Counted from the stretch's first letter, positions 9,033-19,275 are shown. The stretch: 33,387 nt of DNA from Promethearchaeia archaeon (GCA_029856155.1 JAHQWL010000057.1:1-33387), one strand, 5' to 3'. The notes: generated by a model not told the origin, from the sequence alone. A program made the numbers and translations.

Positions 9033-10148
9033 ATGAAAAAAATTATATTAGATTTCGAATCTAAGAGTGTTAATTTCAAAGAATTGATTCAAGAAGCTTT
9101 TAATAAAAATATTTTAAATTTTTTAGTTTCTCAAGAGACAGTTAAAGAATTTGAAAAAATTGAAAGGGTAATACTTTATTCAAAAGATCCTAATATCTCT
9201 TCTAAATATATAGTTTATGATGATAAAAAAAAATTTGAAGAAAATTTAGCTGATGAGATGTTTACTAATAAAAATCCTGGATTCTTTATTGAGTTAAAAA
9301 GCAAGGAAGATGAAAGGGAAATAATTGAACTATCGAAAACGGGATATTTTGATTTTATTATTATTTCAGCTAAGGATTGGAAGATCATTCCTTTTGAAAA
9401 CCTTATAGCTGAAATGCATTCAAATGATACAGATCTAATCGCATTAGTGGATTCAATTAAAGAAGCTGAAATAATGTTAAAAATCCTAGAGGTAGGGGTA
9501 GATGGAGTCCTTATAAAGCCTAAAGAAATTAGTGATATTTTTGAGTTGAAGAAACTGATCCAAACGGAAATTCATATTGACTTGACTAAAGCTAAAATTA
9601 CTAATATTCAAAATATTCCTGAGGCTGAGAGAGTCTGCGTTGATTCGACCTCCCTCCTCAACTTCGGAGAGGGATTTTTAGTAGGCTCAACTGCTAAAGG
9701 ATTCTGTTTAATTCATTCTGAGACATTTGATACTGAGTTTGTTTCATCAAGACCATTTCGAGTCAATGCTGGTGATATTTCGTCTTATATATTAGTACCC
9801 GATAAAGATCCCAAAAATATCTACAGAACAAATTATTTAAGCGAATTGAAAGGGGGGAAAAAAGTATTAGCCGTTTCATATAAAGGAGAGACGAGAGTTG
9901 TTTCGGTGGGGAGAGTCAAAATTGAGACTCGGCCGATGATTCGATTTGAATTAGAAGTTTTACGGGGAAATAAAAAGACTCCGATGAGTTGTATTTGCCA
10001 AAACGCTGAAACAGTTCGTTTAATTGGAGTTGATGGTAAAGCTAAATCTGTTGTAGATGTTAAGGTTGGAGATGAAGTGTTAGTTCATATTGGACCTGGT
10101 GCAACTCACTTTGGAACTGCTATTAAAGAGATTATAATTGAAAAGTAA
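9033..10148 (+). CDS. aroB': 3-dehydroquinate synthase II (archaeal-type AroB')
   Basis: DWKIIPFENLIA, LEVGVDGV, RVCVDS, RPFRVNAG, YLSEL, VGRVKIETRP, QNAETVRL, HFGTAIKEIIIEK. Confidence 0.93.
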   Translation: MKKIILDFESKSVNFKELIQEAFNKNILNFLVSQETVKEFEKIERVILYSKDPNISSKYIVYDDKKKFEENLADEMFTNKNPGFFIELKSKEDEREIIELSKTGYFDFIIISAKDWKIIPFENLIAEMHSNDTDLIALVDSIKEAEIMLKILEVGVDGVLIKPKEISDIFELKKLIQTEIHIDLTKAKITNIQNIPEAERVCVDSTSLLNFGEGFLVGSTAKGFCLIHSETFDTEFVSSRPFRVNAGDISSYILVPDKDPKNIYRTNYLSELKGGKKVLAVSYKGETRVVSVGRVKIETRPMIRFELEVLRGNKKTPMSCICQNAETVRLIGVDGKAKSVVDVKVGDEVLVHIGPGATHFGTAIKEIIIEK

Positions 10149-10250
10149 TAAAATTTATAGGTTCTTGAATTACTATAAACTTGAATTCTAATAAAAAGTT
10201 AACATTTAAAAAATTTAACTTAAATTTATAGGTGCAATTGAAAGATTTTA

Positions 10251-11302
10251 ATGCTATCTATAGTAGGTTGGCTTGAAGGAATAATAACATCAAGCATTTT
10301 AATTTTTGGCTTACTTTCCGGTTTATTCTTTGTATATAAATCGAGAAAAACAAAAGCTAAGCTTCTTTTATATATGGGTTTATTAATAATCTTCTCAAGT
10401 ATAATTTATTTAGGAGTTTTTTTAGATTTTTTAACAATTCTGTTAACAAATGAAAATATAAATAATACTTACGGATTCCACGCGGTAATGATCTACATGT
10501 GGGCGCCTCCTGTTGGTTTTATAGCGACATTTGTCGGAGCAGAATTAATAATTATAAGGGGAAAAAAGCTGATACTCATAAGCTTTTTAATATTTGGTTT
10601 AATATATGAAATTTTGATATTTATTAATCCATTTTACTCTCTTTATTCTGTACCTCCTGTTAATTCAGGTGAAGATTTAATACATACTAATGTTATTTTT
10701 GGAACACCAGTTTCCTTCCTATTGATATTTCTTTTTGGATACGTTTTAACGATAGTGGATATTGGATTTTTTTATAAGGGAGTAAAAGCAAGAGATATCC
10801 TTAGGAAAAAGTATATTATATTATTTTTAGGGTTTACTTTGTATCATATTATAATATTTTTTGATGCCTTCACTAATCCTAGAGGTGCTTTAATAATTAT
10901 GAGAGCGGGTACTTTTGTTTGTTTTTTATTTTGGTATTTAGGTTTAAAAGAGGAAATTATTACTCCGAAATATATCCAACCAGAAAAAGAAGTGAAAATT
11001 AAAGATTCACTATTTAGATTATCAGAAATTAAACCAGGGGAGATATCTGAAGAAGACGTAACTTTCTTCCGAGAACAGAAAATATGTTTAGTCTGTAAGG
11101 GTGAAGTTAAAGGATATAATTATATTTGCTCCAAATGTGATGCTTTATATTGCGAGAATTGTGCTAAAACATTAACTATTTAGAAAATGCATGCTGGGTA
11201 TGTAATACTCCTTTTGATAAAACTAAACCTTCAAAACCATTTACTAAAGAGAGTGAATATAAAGAAATTGAAAAATTAAATAATGCTAAAAAGGGAATAT
11301 AA
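10251..11302 (+). pseudogene. 7TM membrane protein with C-terminal RING/PHD-like Zn finger, frameshifted near 11178-11183 (true lesion or sequencing error)
   Basis: Seven hydrophobic segments, then CLVC, CSKC, CENC; stop TAG at 11181-11183. The -1 frame continues LENACWVCNTPFDKTKPSKPF...GI* to TAA at 11300-11302 and supplies the fourth CxxC. Confidence 0.75.
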
Positions 11303-11307
11303 TAAAA

Positions 11308-12645
11308 CTAAAATTCTATCATACTTTTGAAATTTGCTTTATGCCGCTTTGCCCCTATCATGCCAGTTATAATTTTAGGGAAACTAAGCTGGAGCATAGT
11401 AGAAAGTTGTTTTAATGAGATTTTTGATACTTCACGGAAAGGTTTTATAAATCCCGTCATAGCAAAATGACCTTCAATATAAAAAACATTAATTTGTTCT
11501 TGGTCAATTCGGTTATCAAAGTAATCTTTTAGTTCATCAATAGCGCAGTTTCCGATTATTAAGATTGAACCTTTTAGGTTATCTAATTCAGTAAGATCAT
11601 GGCCTCTCCCACAAATTCCTACAAGCGGTAGTATTTTTCCTCCGGCTGCGATTAGTTTAAAATATTCCAAAACTCCTCTACATCCTGCTTTGCAACCTTT
11701 ATGTTCCTTACCGCTTAAAATTCGAAAATTTTCAGGCATCTCGAGTTCAATGTCCTCAAAATTATCATTTAATTTAATTTCCTTCTCATTAATTATGCCC
11801 CTATTAGGTAAAATTTCAATTTCTTCGATTTTGCTACATCCTAAATTCTTTTCACTTGCAATTTTGAGAAATCCAATCCTGTTTACAGGAATACCAAGTA
11901 ATTGTGCCCCTATTCTATCAACAGCAACAGCATCTCGCCCTGCTAATAAGAGATTCATTGGAACATTCCAATCTTTAGAAAATGATACAGCTCCATTATT
12001 AAGTACTGTAATTGCATCAACAATGTTCAAATCTGGTTGAAATTTTTCATATATTTCTACAATTTTCTCCTCAATCTGGTGATGTTTATATAATTTCTCA
12101 TCATCATAAAGAAGGCCATGTTGATTCTTTATACAAACAGTGATACCTGTTTGCAAATGTGTTTTGAGTTTCGGCACATTAATGTAGGTATTATCAGCCT
12201 TACGTTTAATTAAATTCTCATATAAAATTTTAGGAATTGGAATTGATTTATCTAATACTTTTCCATTAAATTCCATGAAAATGGGTTCTTGTTCATCTAA
12301 ATACAACGGAATAGCTCCCAATTTTCTAATTCTTTTAGCTAATTTTTGAATTTTAAAGACCAAGCGAGTAGGCATTCCAAAAGCAGCATTATCAAAAACA
12401 TAAATGTTCTTATACTTAATATTTGTTTGTTGAATAACTTCAATAATAGCTATTATTACTTCAGGAGTAGTTATTGCATCGACATTGACAGCTGTAGCAT
12501 TTATTTTAATGAATACATTTCCTTTAACAATATTTTCAACTCCTCCAAATTGATTAAAACATGCCTTTACAGCATCCATCAGATCATTCTTAGTATTGTT
12601 TTTAGTAGAAGTTATATAGACTATAGGCTTCATAATAAATATCAA
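11308..12645 (-). CDS. DUF362 domain Fe-S-associated protein
   Basis: VFIKIN, TTPEVI, INVPKLKTHLQTGITVCIKNQHG, IVDAI, DAVAVD; C-terminal CKAGC, ICG, IGNC cysteines. Confidence 0.82.
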   Translation of the reverse strand: MIFIMKPIVYITSTKNNTKNDLMDAVKACFNQFGGVENIVKGNVFIKINATAVNVDAITTPEVIIAIIEVIQQTNIKYKNIYVFDNAAFGMPTRLVFKIQKLAKRIRKLGAIPLYLDEQEPIFMEFNGKVLDKSIPIPKILYENLIKRKADNTYINVPKLKTHLQTGITVCIKNQHGLLYDDEKLYKHHQIEEKIVEIYEKFQPDLNIVDAITVLNNGAVSFSKDWNVPMNLLLAGRDAVAVDRIGAQLLGIPVNRIGFLKIASEKNLGCSKIEEIEILPNRGIINEKEIKLNDNFEDIELEMPENFRILSGKEHKGCKAGCRGVLEYFKLIAAGGKILPLVGICGRGHDLTELDNLKGSILIIGNCAIDELKDYFDNRIDQEQINVFYIEGHFAMTGFIKPFREVSKISLKQLSTMLQLSFPKIITGMIGAKRHKANFKSMIEF

Positions 12646-12749
12646 ACATTTATGATATCAAAGAAATTATGTAAACCTTTTAATTGTATTTTTTTATATA
12701 ATAATATTAAAATTTAATTTAGAATTAGAAATACCCAGGGGTAATTGAT

Positions 12750-14027
12750 TTGACAACTTATTGGGCACCATTACTTCACATTTACCAACCTCCCACTCAA
12801 GATCTTAATATTTTGAAAAATATCGATAAAGAATGCTATAAACCATTATTCTCCTTATTAGAGGATTATGAAAATGTAAAGTTTTGTTTGAATATCAGTG
12901 GAGTTCTTATTGAATTGTTATATGAGTATGACTTATCAGATACTATGGATCAATTGAAAAATCTTGTCTCTGAAAACAAAATTGAAATTGTCGGAACTGC
13001 TAAATATCATCCAATTCTTCCCTTAATTCCAAAAAAAGAAGTTAGACATCAAATCCAATTGAATGAAGAATTAAACAGAAGAGAATTCGGTCGGTGGAAA
13101 AGAATAGGATTTTTTCCACCAGAAATGGCTATTTCTGAAGCTGTTGCTAAATATATTCGCCAGCTAGGATATAAATGGGTAATCATGAGCGGAATTGCTT
13201 GTCCAGTTGACTGGCCTTATGACAAGATCTTTTGCTCTCCAAATGGACTTCAACTATTCTTTAGAGATGACATTCTCAGTAATAAGATCTCTTTTAAGGA
13301 TGTGTCTGCCAAAGAATTTGTAAAAGCAATTAAGGAAATTTTTCAGCCAAAAGATAGACTAAAAACAAAATCGACAAAAGAAATTGACAGATATATAGTC
13401 ACAGCAATGGATGGAGAGACTTTTGGTCATCATATAAAAAATTATGAAAAAACATTTCTAAAGAAGGTATTAGATCTCATTTGCAATGAAGAAACAATTA
13501 AAATCATATCTATTTCGGAATTAGATCAACATTTTCCGATAAGTAATAAAAAAATCATACCACGTGAATCGAGCTGGAGTACAACTTACGAGGACATTCA
13601 AAATGGAATCCCTTATCCATTATGGAAACATCCTAATAATAATATACATAGATATTACTGGAAACTTATGAATAGTCTTAATAATTTAATGAACCTTGCA
13701 GATAATTTAGATCTAACTACAGATTGGGAAATCGAGAATTATTATAATACTGCACGATATTTTTATGATCGTGGTATCTATTCATGTCCAGTGTGGTGGT
13801 CCAATCCCAAAAATGGAATGTGGAGTCCAAATTTAATTTATAAAGGTATTGAACTTTTAATGAGAGCAGCTCTTAACGCTCAAATGGCATTAGTTCATGC
13901 AAGCAAATCAGATCTAGGAGAAGGATATTTTGATTCCATTTCTTATTATCATGGATTAGTACTCATGGAATTAAGTACGATAACAAAAAAAAATTTAAAA
14001 AAACGTACTGAAAATAGAGAAAAATGA
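12750..14027 (+). CDS. Glycoside hydrolase family 57 protein
   Basis: LLHIYQPP, YHPILPL, FFPPEMA (nucleophile Glu), AMDGETFGHH (acid/base Asp), SSWS. TTG start. Confidence 0.88.
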   Translation: MTTYWAPLLHIYQPPTQDLNILKNIDKECYKPLFSLLEDYENVKFCLNISGVLIELLYEYDLSDTMDQLKNLVSENKIEIVGTAKYHPILPLIPKKEVRHQIQLNEELNRREFGRWKRIGFFPPEMAISEAVAKYIRQLGYKWVIMSGIACPVDWPYDKIFCSPNGLQLFFRDDILSNKISFKDVSAKEFVKAIKEIFQPKDRLKTKSTKEIDRYIVTAMDGETFGHHIKNYEKTFLKKVLDLICNEETIKIISISELDQHFPISNKKIIPRESSWSTTYEDIQNGIPYPLWKHPNNNIHRYYWKLMNSLNNLMNLADNLDLTTDWEIENYYNTARYFYDRGIYSCPVWWSNPKNGMWSPNLIYKGIELLMRAALNAQMALVHASKSDLGEGYFDSISYYHGLVLMELSTITKKNLKKRTENREK

Positions 14028-14030
14028 ATC

Positions 14031-14417
14031 TTATCTATTTTTTAATATTAGCTGTCTAAGGATTTCATTCCACTCATCTACTTTTGTTACATACCAAGCA
14101 ACTGAGTCAATTTCTCCATTTTCATTTCTAAATGTTATTTTTAAAAGAGGTCTAAAAACTGACCTGTGCATATGTGATTTAGGATTTGTTACCTCAATAA
14201 TAGATTTCATAGGTATTAATAGATCTTTTTTGGGTTTCCACATCCCAAAAAACAAATCTTCTTGTGTAAGTAATAATACTCCGTTTCCACGAACTTTCCA
14301 AACACCAGATGATTCTAACCCAAAAAAGTTTGCCATATCATCAGCTATTAAAATAACTTTTTCTTTATATTTTTCATGAACTTCATTAATTCTTTTTTTA
14401 AAAATTTTTTTTAGCAT
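14031..14417 (-). CDS. Small PH-like/GRAM-like domain protein
   Basis: RGNGVLLLTQEDLFF, LLIPMKSIIEV, LKITF, C-terminal helix VDEWNEILRQL typical of the PH fold. Confidence 0.6.
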   Translation of the reverse strand: MLKKIFKKRINEVHEKYKEKVILIADDMANFFGLESSGVWKVRGNGVLLLTQEDLFFGMWKPKKDLLIPMKSIIEVTNPKSHMHRSVFRPLLKITFRNENGEIDSVAWYVTKVDEWNEILRQLILKNR

Positions 14418-14583
14418 AACATATACATCAATTTAATAATAAATTTCTATATTATTCATGAAAATTCAAATGATATTGATATTCATTTAAGTGAATAAAA
14501 AGTAAGCAAAAATTATATAATTTCTAGTTTATATAATTTACAAAATAAGATTATGAAAAAGATATCAATTTGAAACTACTGCT

Positions 14584-15648
14584 ATGTCAAAAGAAAATAA
14601 GAAAAAGATAAACTATTGTGTATATTGTGGATCTAATGTAGATGAAAACGAGACATATTGTCCTAAGTGCGGTAAACTAGTCATTAAAATTAAACCGGGT
14701 AAAAAAATTCCGCAAACAAAGACTACACAAGAACTAGAAGTCTCAAGAACATGTGCAGGATGTGGTTCTGTAATAACATCTACTATCTTAGATCAGTGTC
14801 CAATATGTAATACTAAATTAGAAAAAATAGCTGAAATTAAAAAAGCGGCAATTCAGAAAAAACCAGGATTAATTTTTACAAATAAAAAACTTGAGCTTGA
14901 ACAAAAATTTATTTTAAAGAAAGAAACTTGGAACTTAAAAGAAGGTATTAATGTTTTTGGAACATGTATTTATATATTAGTGATTGTCTTCTTTTTGTTA
15001 ATTACACTAATTTCATTTCAGTTAGATACAACTACCCTTACTATTGAAGAAATCGTATTGAATCAAGTACCTGAATTATTATTTGGTATATATCCAATAT
15101 GGTATATTTATAATAAAAAACATAGTTTTACCAAAATAGGAATTTATTCTAATTCAAAAAAAATTCTATTCGGAATGCTTATTGGGTTATTAGGTGCTAT
15201 AGTGTTAATAATGCTTAATTATTTTTCAGACTCTCTTATATATTTCTTTTCAGATGTTGGTTGGGATCCTTTTAACGTTAGATCAATTATAGAAGAGCAG
15301 AATCAAGTAATTAGAAATTCTGATTTATTGTGGATAATATTGTTAACCATTTCATTATCTATAGGAGCATTTTCTTCAGAAATTGTATTTAGAGGGGTTT
15401 TACATAACGCATTAAAACAAAAATTTAAAAATGATTTTTATGTGATCCTTTTAGTAGCACTAGCTTACTCAATTATTATGTTTTTAATCTCTTTTCCAAT
15501 AGGATTGAGTTTCTTCCTAATAAATTTCCTATCGTTTATTGTATTAGGGATAATCTTTGAACTTACGAATGGAAATCTTAGTACTACGATTTTCACTAAT
15601 GTTTTTTTTAATATTGTTATGATTATACTCATCATTCTTTATTTTTAA
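14584..15648 (+). CDS. Double zinc-ribbon protein fused to a degenerate CPBP (Abi/Rce1, CAAX protease II) intramembrane domain
   Basis: CVYC, CPKC, CAGC, CPIC followed by multiple TM helices with SEIVFRG (canonical EExxFRG). Confidence 0.75.
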   Translation: MSKENKKKINYCVYCGSNVDENETYCPKCGKLVIKIKPGKKIPQTKTTQELEVSRTCAGCGSVITSTILDQCPICNTKLEKIAEIKKAAIQKKPGLIFTNKKLELEQKFILKKETWNLKEGINVFGTCIYILVIVFFLLITLISFQLDTTTLTIEEIVLNQVPELLFGIYPIWYIYNKKHSFTKIGIYSNSKKILFGMLIGLLGAIVLIMLNYFSDSLIYFFSDVGWDPFNVRSIIEEQNQVIRNSDLLWIILLTISLSIGAFSSEIVFRGVLHNALKQKFKNDFYVILLVALAYSIIMFLISFPIGLSFFLINFLSFIVLGIIFELTNGNLSTTIFTNVFFNIVMIILIILYF

Positions 15649-15772
15649 CTAATCATTACCCCCCAAATATAAAATTTTAATAATAAGAAAAATCAATAAT
15701 CTCTAGAATTATTATTTTAAAAGCTTACTTACGTTATTACGATTTGATTTTATTTATTTGGAGTAAAATAAA

Positions 15773-16483
15773 TTGAGCAAAACTATCTATAGGAATAAAG
15801 GCTCTAAAGATAACATTGTAGTTTCTATTGCTGGTGCGCACGGTGTAGGAAAAACAACAGTTTTCAATCTTTTCAAATCGAAAGTAAAAGATAATAATAA
15901 ATTTAAATTTTTTCCCGAGAGATATATAAAAAAACCACCATTTCCTTTCGGTTCTTCTAATAAACAAATCGGATTTAGAAGCGAACTTCATTTTCTTCAA
16001 CAACTTATTAGACGCAATCAAAATATTGTAAACTTTGATAATAAATACAACGGTAGAATTATAATTTTAGATAGAACGCCATTATGTGTTTTAATTTATT
16101 CTAAGAGTCTGAACTTAAAAGAAAAAGATTTTAATCTTATTTTGGACACATTTAATTCTATTCAATGGAAAGAGGATTATATCTTTTATTTGTATGCAGA
16201 ACCAAATACAATCATGAAGCGTATAATTCAAAGAGGTTCATTAGAAAAAATTAGGAAAGAATGGAATGAAGAAGATAAAGAGTATTTGTTAACAATTCTT
16301 TCGTATTACAAGCAATTTCTTTCAAATAAAGAAGGGGTTTTCATGATTAATACAGAAAAATTAACTCCTGAAGATGTAGTAAATGAAATGGTAAATAAAA
16401 TAACACAATTATCGGATTATACTTTCGAGAAGCTTGAAAAATCTTTTTCAACCCAAATGAATTTAATGAAATTTTTAGAATAA
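15773..16483 (+). CDS. P-loop deoxynucleoside/nucleotide kinase-like protein (dNK/thymidylate kinase superfamily)
   Basis: GAHGVGKTT Walker A, FFPE, IILDRTP, lid RIIQRG. TTG start. Confidence 0.78.
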   Translation: MSKTIYRNKGSKDNIVVSIAGAHGVGKTTVFNLFKSKVKDNNKFKFFPERYIKKPPFPFGSSNKQIGFRSELHFLQQLIRRNQNIVNFDNKYNGRIIILDRTPLCVLIYSKSLNLKEKDFNLILDTFNSIQWKEDYIFYLYAEPNTIMKRIIQRGSLEKIRKEWNEEDKEYLLTILSYYKQFLSNKEGVFMINTEKLTPEDVVNEMVNKITQLSDYTFEKLEKSFSTQMNLMKFLE

Positions 16484-16583
16484 AGTAATGATAAAATATA
16501 TTAAAATAGTCTTTCTATTTATACATAAATCGATGTTAAAAAAATCATATTCAATCCTATATTATATCAAGGAGAGAAAGTAA

Positions 16584-17570
16584 ATGTCCACTATTGCGGA
16601 AGATATCCGTAAAAAAATGATGTTTGTTTTAAAAGATGAAGAAGATAAAACTGATTTAGAAAATCTTGCAGTTTTATCTCGAGTAGGAGTGAAAGTAGCG
16701 TGCTCAACATCTTCAGAATTAGATGCTGATGCAACGTCTGCATCAAGTACAGCTTTAATAGATTTAGGATTAAGATTAAATCAAGCAACTGTTCACGGAG
16801 CGTTAACAGAAATAATCTTACACAATACTTCGGGTTATAGCATTTTAATGGCTATTGATGACGAGTATATAGTATTTGGGGGTTTAAGAGCGATTTATCG
16901 GATTGGATATTATCTAGGCTACTTAAGAGAATTAGCAAAGAAATTAAATAGATTAATTTCTGGGGATCAAGAAACTGAGATGATGCTCTCTCTTGAAGAG
17001 TCCGAATTAGAGAAAATTGAGCAACAGAAACTTGAAGAAGAAGCTAAAACTATAGTAAAGCCATCACTTGAAAAAGATAAAGCCGCTTTAGATGATCTGC
17101 TAGGATTTTTAGACGATTGGGAGAAGGAAGGAGAAGACTTCGGAGAACTTGAGGCTACAACTGAAAGTAATATTGTATCGATTCCTAAATCGATGGGTTT
17201 AGGCATTGAAAAAGAAGTAAAAGAAGCTGTTGAATTTGAAACACCCCATGTAGCTGAAGGTGTTACTACCGGTTCCGAATTTAAAGTTTATGATGATGAA
17301 GTTCCACCAATTCCTCTTGATGATTATACACCAATGGAAATGGAAGATGAACCTATTTCAGAAGAGCCAGTACTTGTTTCAGAAGAACCGAAAACGACAA
17401 AAGAATTACCCCCTCTTGATGAATTACCCTCCTTTAAAGAGTTAGCTCCTCCAGATTTCGACTCAGAACTCTCTGCCTCTGAATATGATACAGAATTTGT
17501 TTTAGAAGAAGAATCAGAAACTTTAGGCTCTGTTTTAAAAGACCTTGGATGGGATCAAGAGAAAGATTAA
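16584..17570 (+). CDS. Roadblock/LC7 domain protein with long acidic, Pro-rich C-terminal tail
   Basis: N-terminal ~125 aa Roadblock pattern (LAVLSRVG, ATSASSTALIDLG, EIILHNTSGYSILMAI); remainder is D/E/P-rich. AGGAG upstream of ATG. Confidence 0.75.
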   Translation: MSTIAEDIRKKMMFVLKDEEDKTDLENLAVLSRVGVKVACSTSSELDADATSASSTALIDLGLRLNQATVHGALTEIILHNTSGYSILMAIDDEYIVFGGLRAIYRIGYYLGYLRELAKKLNRLISGDQETEMMLSLEESELEKIEQQKLEEEAKTIVKPSLEKDKAALDDLLGFLDDWEKEGEDFGELEATTESNIVSIPKSMGLGIEKEVKEAVEFETPHVAEGVTTGSEFKVYDDEVPPIPLDDYTPMEMEDEPISEEPVLVSEEPKTTKELPPLDELPSFKELAPPDFDSELSASEYDTEFVLEEESETLGSVLKDLGWDQEKD

Positions 17571-17757
17571 GTGTTAGATTAATTTTAGTTTAGACTATTA
17601 AAATTTCTTCTTGTAATTAAAGTATCTAATTATTTTTTAGTACTCTTAAATTTTCTAATAAAAATTTAATATAATTTTAAATAAAGCCTTGTCCGATCTA
17701 TACTTAATTATATTTTTAACTACAAAAATTTAATATTAAAAATCTTCGTGAAATAAA

Positions 17758-19122
17758 ATGAGTGAATTAGATGAAATAAAGAGAGAAAAAACAAATACTC
17801 GTAGAAAGCTAACTTATGCAATGCCTAGACTTGGAAGTTCACTAGTACTAGGTATTGAAGGTTTCGCTTTTTTTAATCTATATTATTCGGGATATGGTGT
17901 CCCTGCCACACTTGTTACCTTTGCTCAAGCTATAGGATTTATTGTCATCGGTTTATCTCAAGTTTTTATTCCTTGGATCAGTGATACGAAATATACTCGA
18001 TGGGGTCGAAGAAAACCATACATATTCATATTTGCTCCAATTTTAGGAATTTCATTTATTTTTCTATTTTTACCTTCCATTATGGTACCTAATCTTGATG
18101 ATAAAATGGCTCTTTTTACATATTTTTTCATTTGGGATATTATCTTTAAAATAAGTTATTCAATGACGACAATTTATCAGGCATGGTTAGCCGAACAATT
18201 TGAAATTAGTGAACGTCCTGTTGTCTCTCAATTTCAAAACATTTTTAATTGGATAGGCAATGGCACTATGTCAATAGTTTCAATGATAGTGGCAACAGGT
18301 TTCGTAAACCGACTTCAAGTTGATATCAATTCTCCAATCCCTATTGACTTCTTAATTAGTATCATCTTGTTTGGAGTAATTGCAATAGTAGTATTCTTTT
18401 TAGTAGCATTACTAATGCCAACAGAACAACACTATAAAATTGAATCAAAACCTTGGGAGGCTTTTAAACAGGTTTTTAGAAATAAAAACTATCTTAGAAT
18501 TGTCCTTATGATTGGATTCGCAAGTTTAGGGTGGTCAATTGTAACTGATGTAATGTTAACTTATTCCACTGATGTGTTAGATTTAGGAGGTACAGATTTT
18601 TATATAATTGCCGCCTTTCTTATTATAGGAATAATAGGCTTTTTATATCTTTGGAGAAAACTAATTTCTAAACTAGGTAAAAAGCGAGCTCTTCTATATG
18701 TTTTTCTATTTGGAGGTGTTTTCCTTTGGTTTACTTTAATAGGGTTGATTCAAACAGATCTTACTCTAATTTTTGGAATAATCTTTATTATCGGGATAGC
18801 AGGAATGCTTGGTGGATGGTTTCTTTTTCCATATATAATTTATGCTGATCTTGCTGAGGATGATGAAAAATCTACTGGAGAATTAAAAGCTGGGACTTAT
18901 GCAGGGTATCCCGCAATAATTTTAAATATTTTTCAAGCAATTGGAGTATTTGGTCTTGGTGTAGCTATCGATAATTTGCCAAATATTAATGTTGGTACGT
19001 TAACTTTTTCTTTAGGCTTAGTTGTATGGGGACCAATATGTTCTATAATTTTGCTTATTACATATTTCTATACAAGAAAGTGTGTTCAATTAGATTTTGA
19101 ATGGGAAAAATCAAGAAACTAA
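17758..19122 (+). CDS. MFS transporter, GPH / MelB-like (glycoside-pentoside-hexuronide) family
   Basis: WISDTKYTRWGRRKPY, about 12 TM helices, YADLAEDDEKSTGELKAGTYAG. Confidence 0.88.
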   Translation: MSELDEIKREKTNTRRKLTYAMPRLGSSLVLGIEGFAFFNLYYSGYGVPATLVTFAQAIGFIVIGLSQVFIPWISDTKYTRWGRRKPYIFIFAPILGISFIFLFLPSIMVPNLDDKMALFTYFFIWDIIFKISYSMTTIYQAWLAEQFEISERPVVSQFQNIFNWIGNGTMSIVSMIVATGFVNRLQVDINSPIPIDFLISIILFGVIAIVVFFLVALLMPTEQHYKIESKPWEAFKQVFRNKNYLRIVLMIGFASLGWSIVTDVMLTYSTDVLDLGGTDFYIIAAFLIIGIIGFLYLWRKLISKLGKKRALLYVFLFGGVFLWFTLIGLIQTDLTLIFGIIFIIGIAGMLGGWFLFPYIIYADLAEDDEKSTGELKAGTYAGYPAIILNIFQAIGVFGLGVAIDNLPNINVGTLTFSLGLVVWGPICSIILLITYFYTRKCVQLDFEWEKSRN

Positions 19123-19125
19123 TCA

Positions 19126-19141
19126 TTTTTCTTTTTTTTTT
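19126..19141 (+). terminator. Oligo-U archaeal-type terminator candidate
   Basis: TTTTTCTTTTTTTTTT immediately after the MFS stop codon. Confidence 0.5.
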
Positions 19142-19275
19142 AATATTTAATACAAATATTTTGACTCATTTTGAAATTTCGGAAGGTTTTTCATTTTTGA
19201 AGAAAGCTAATAAAATATATTTTTATTATTATTTTTAAGTTAAATATTTACAGGAATTAGGAACTTCAATAAAAA

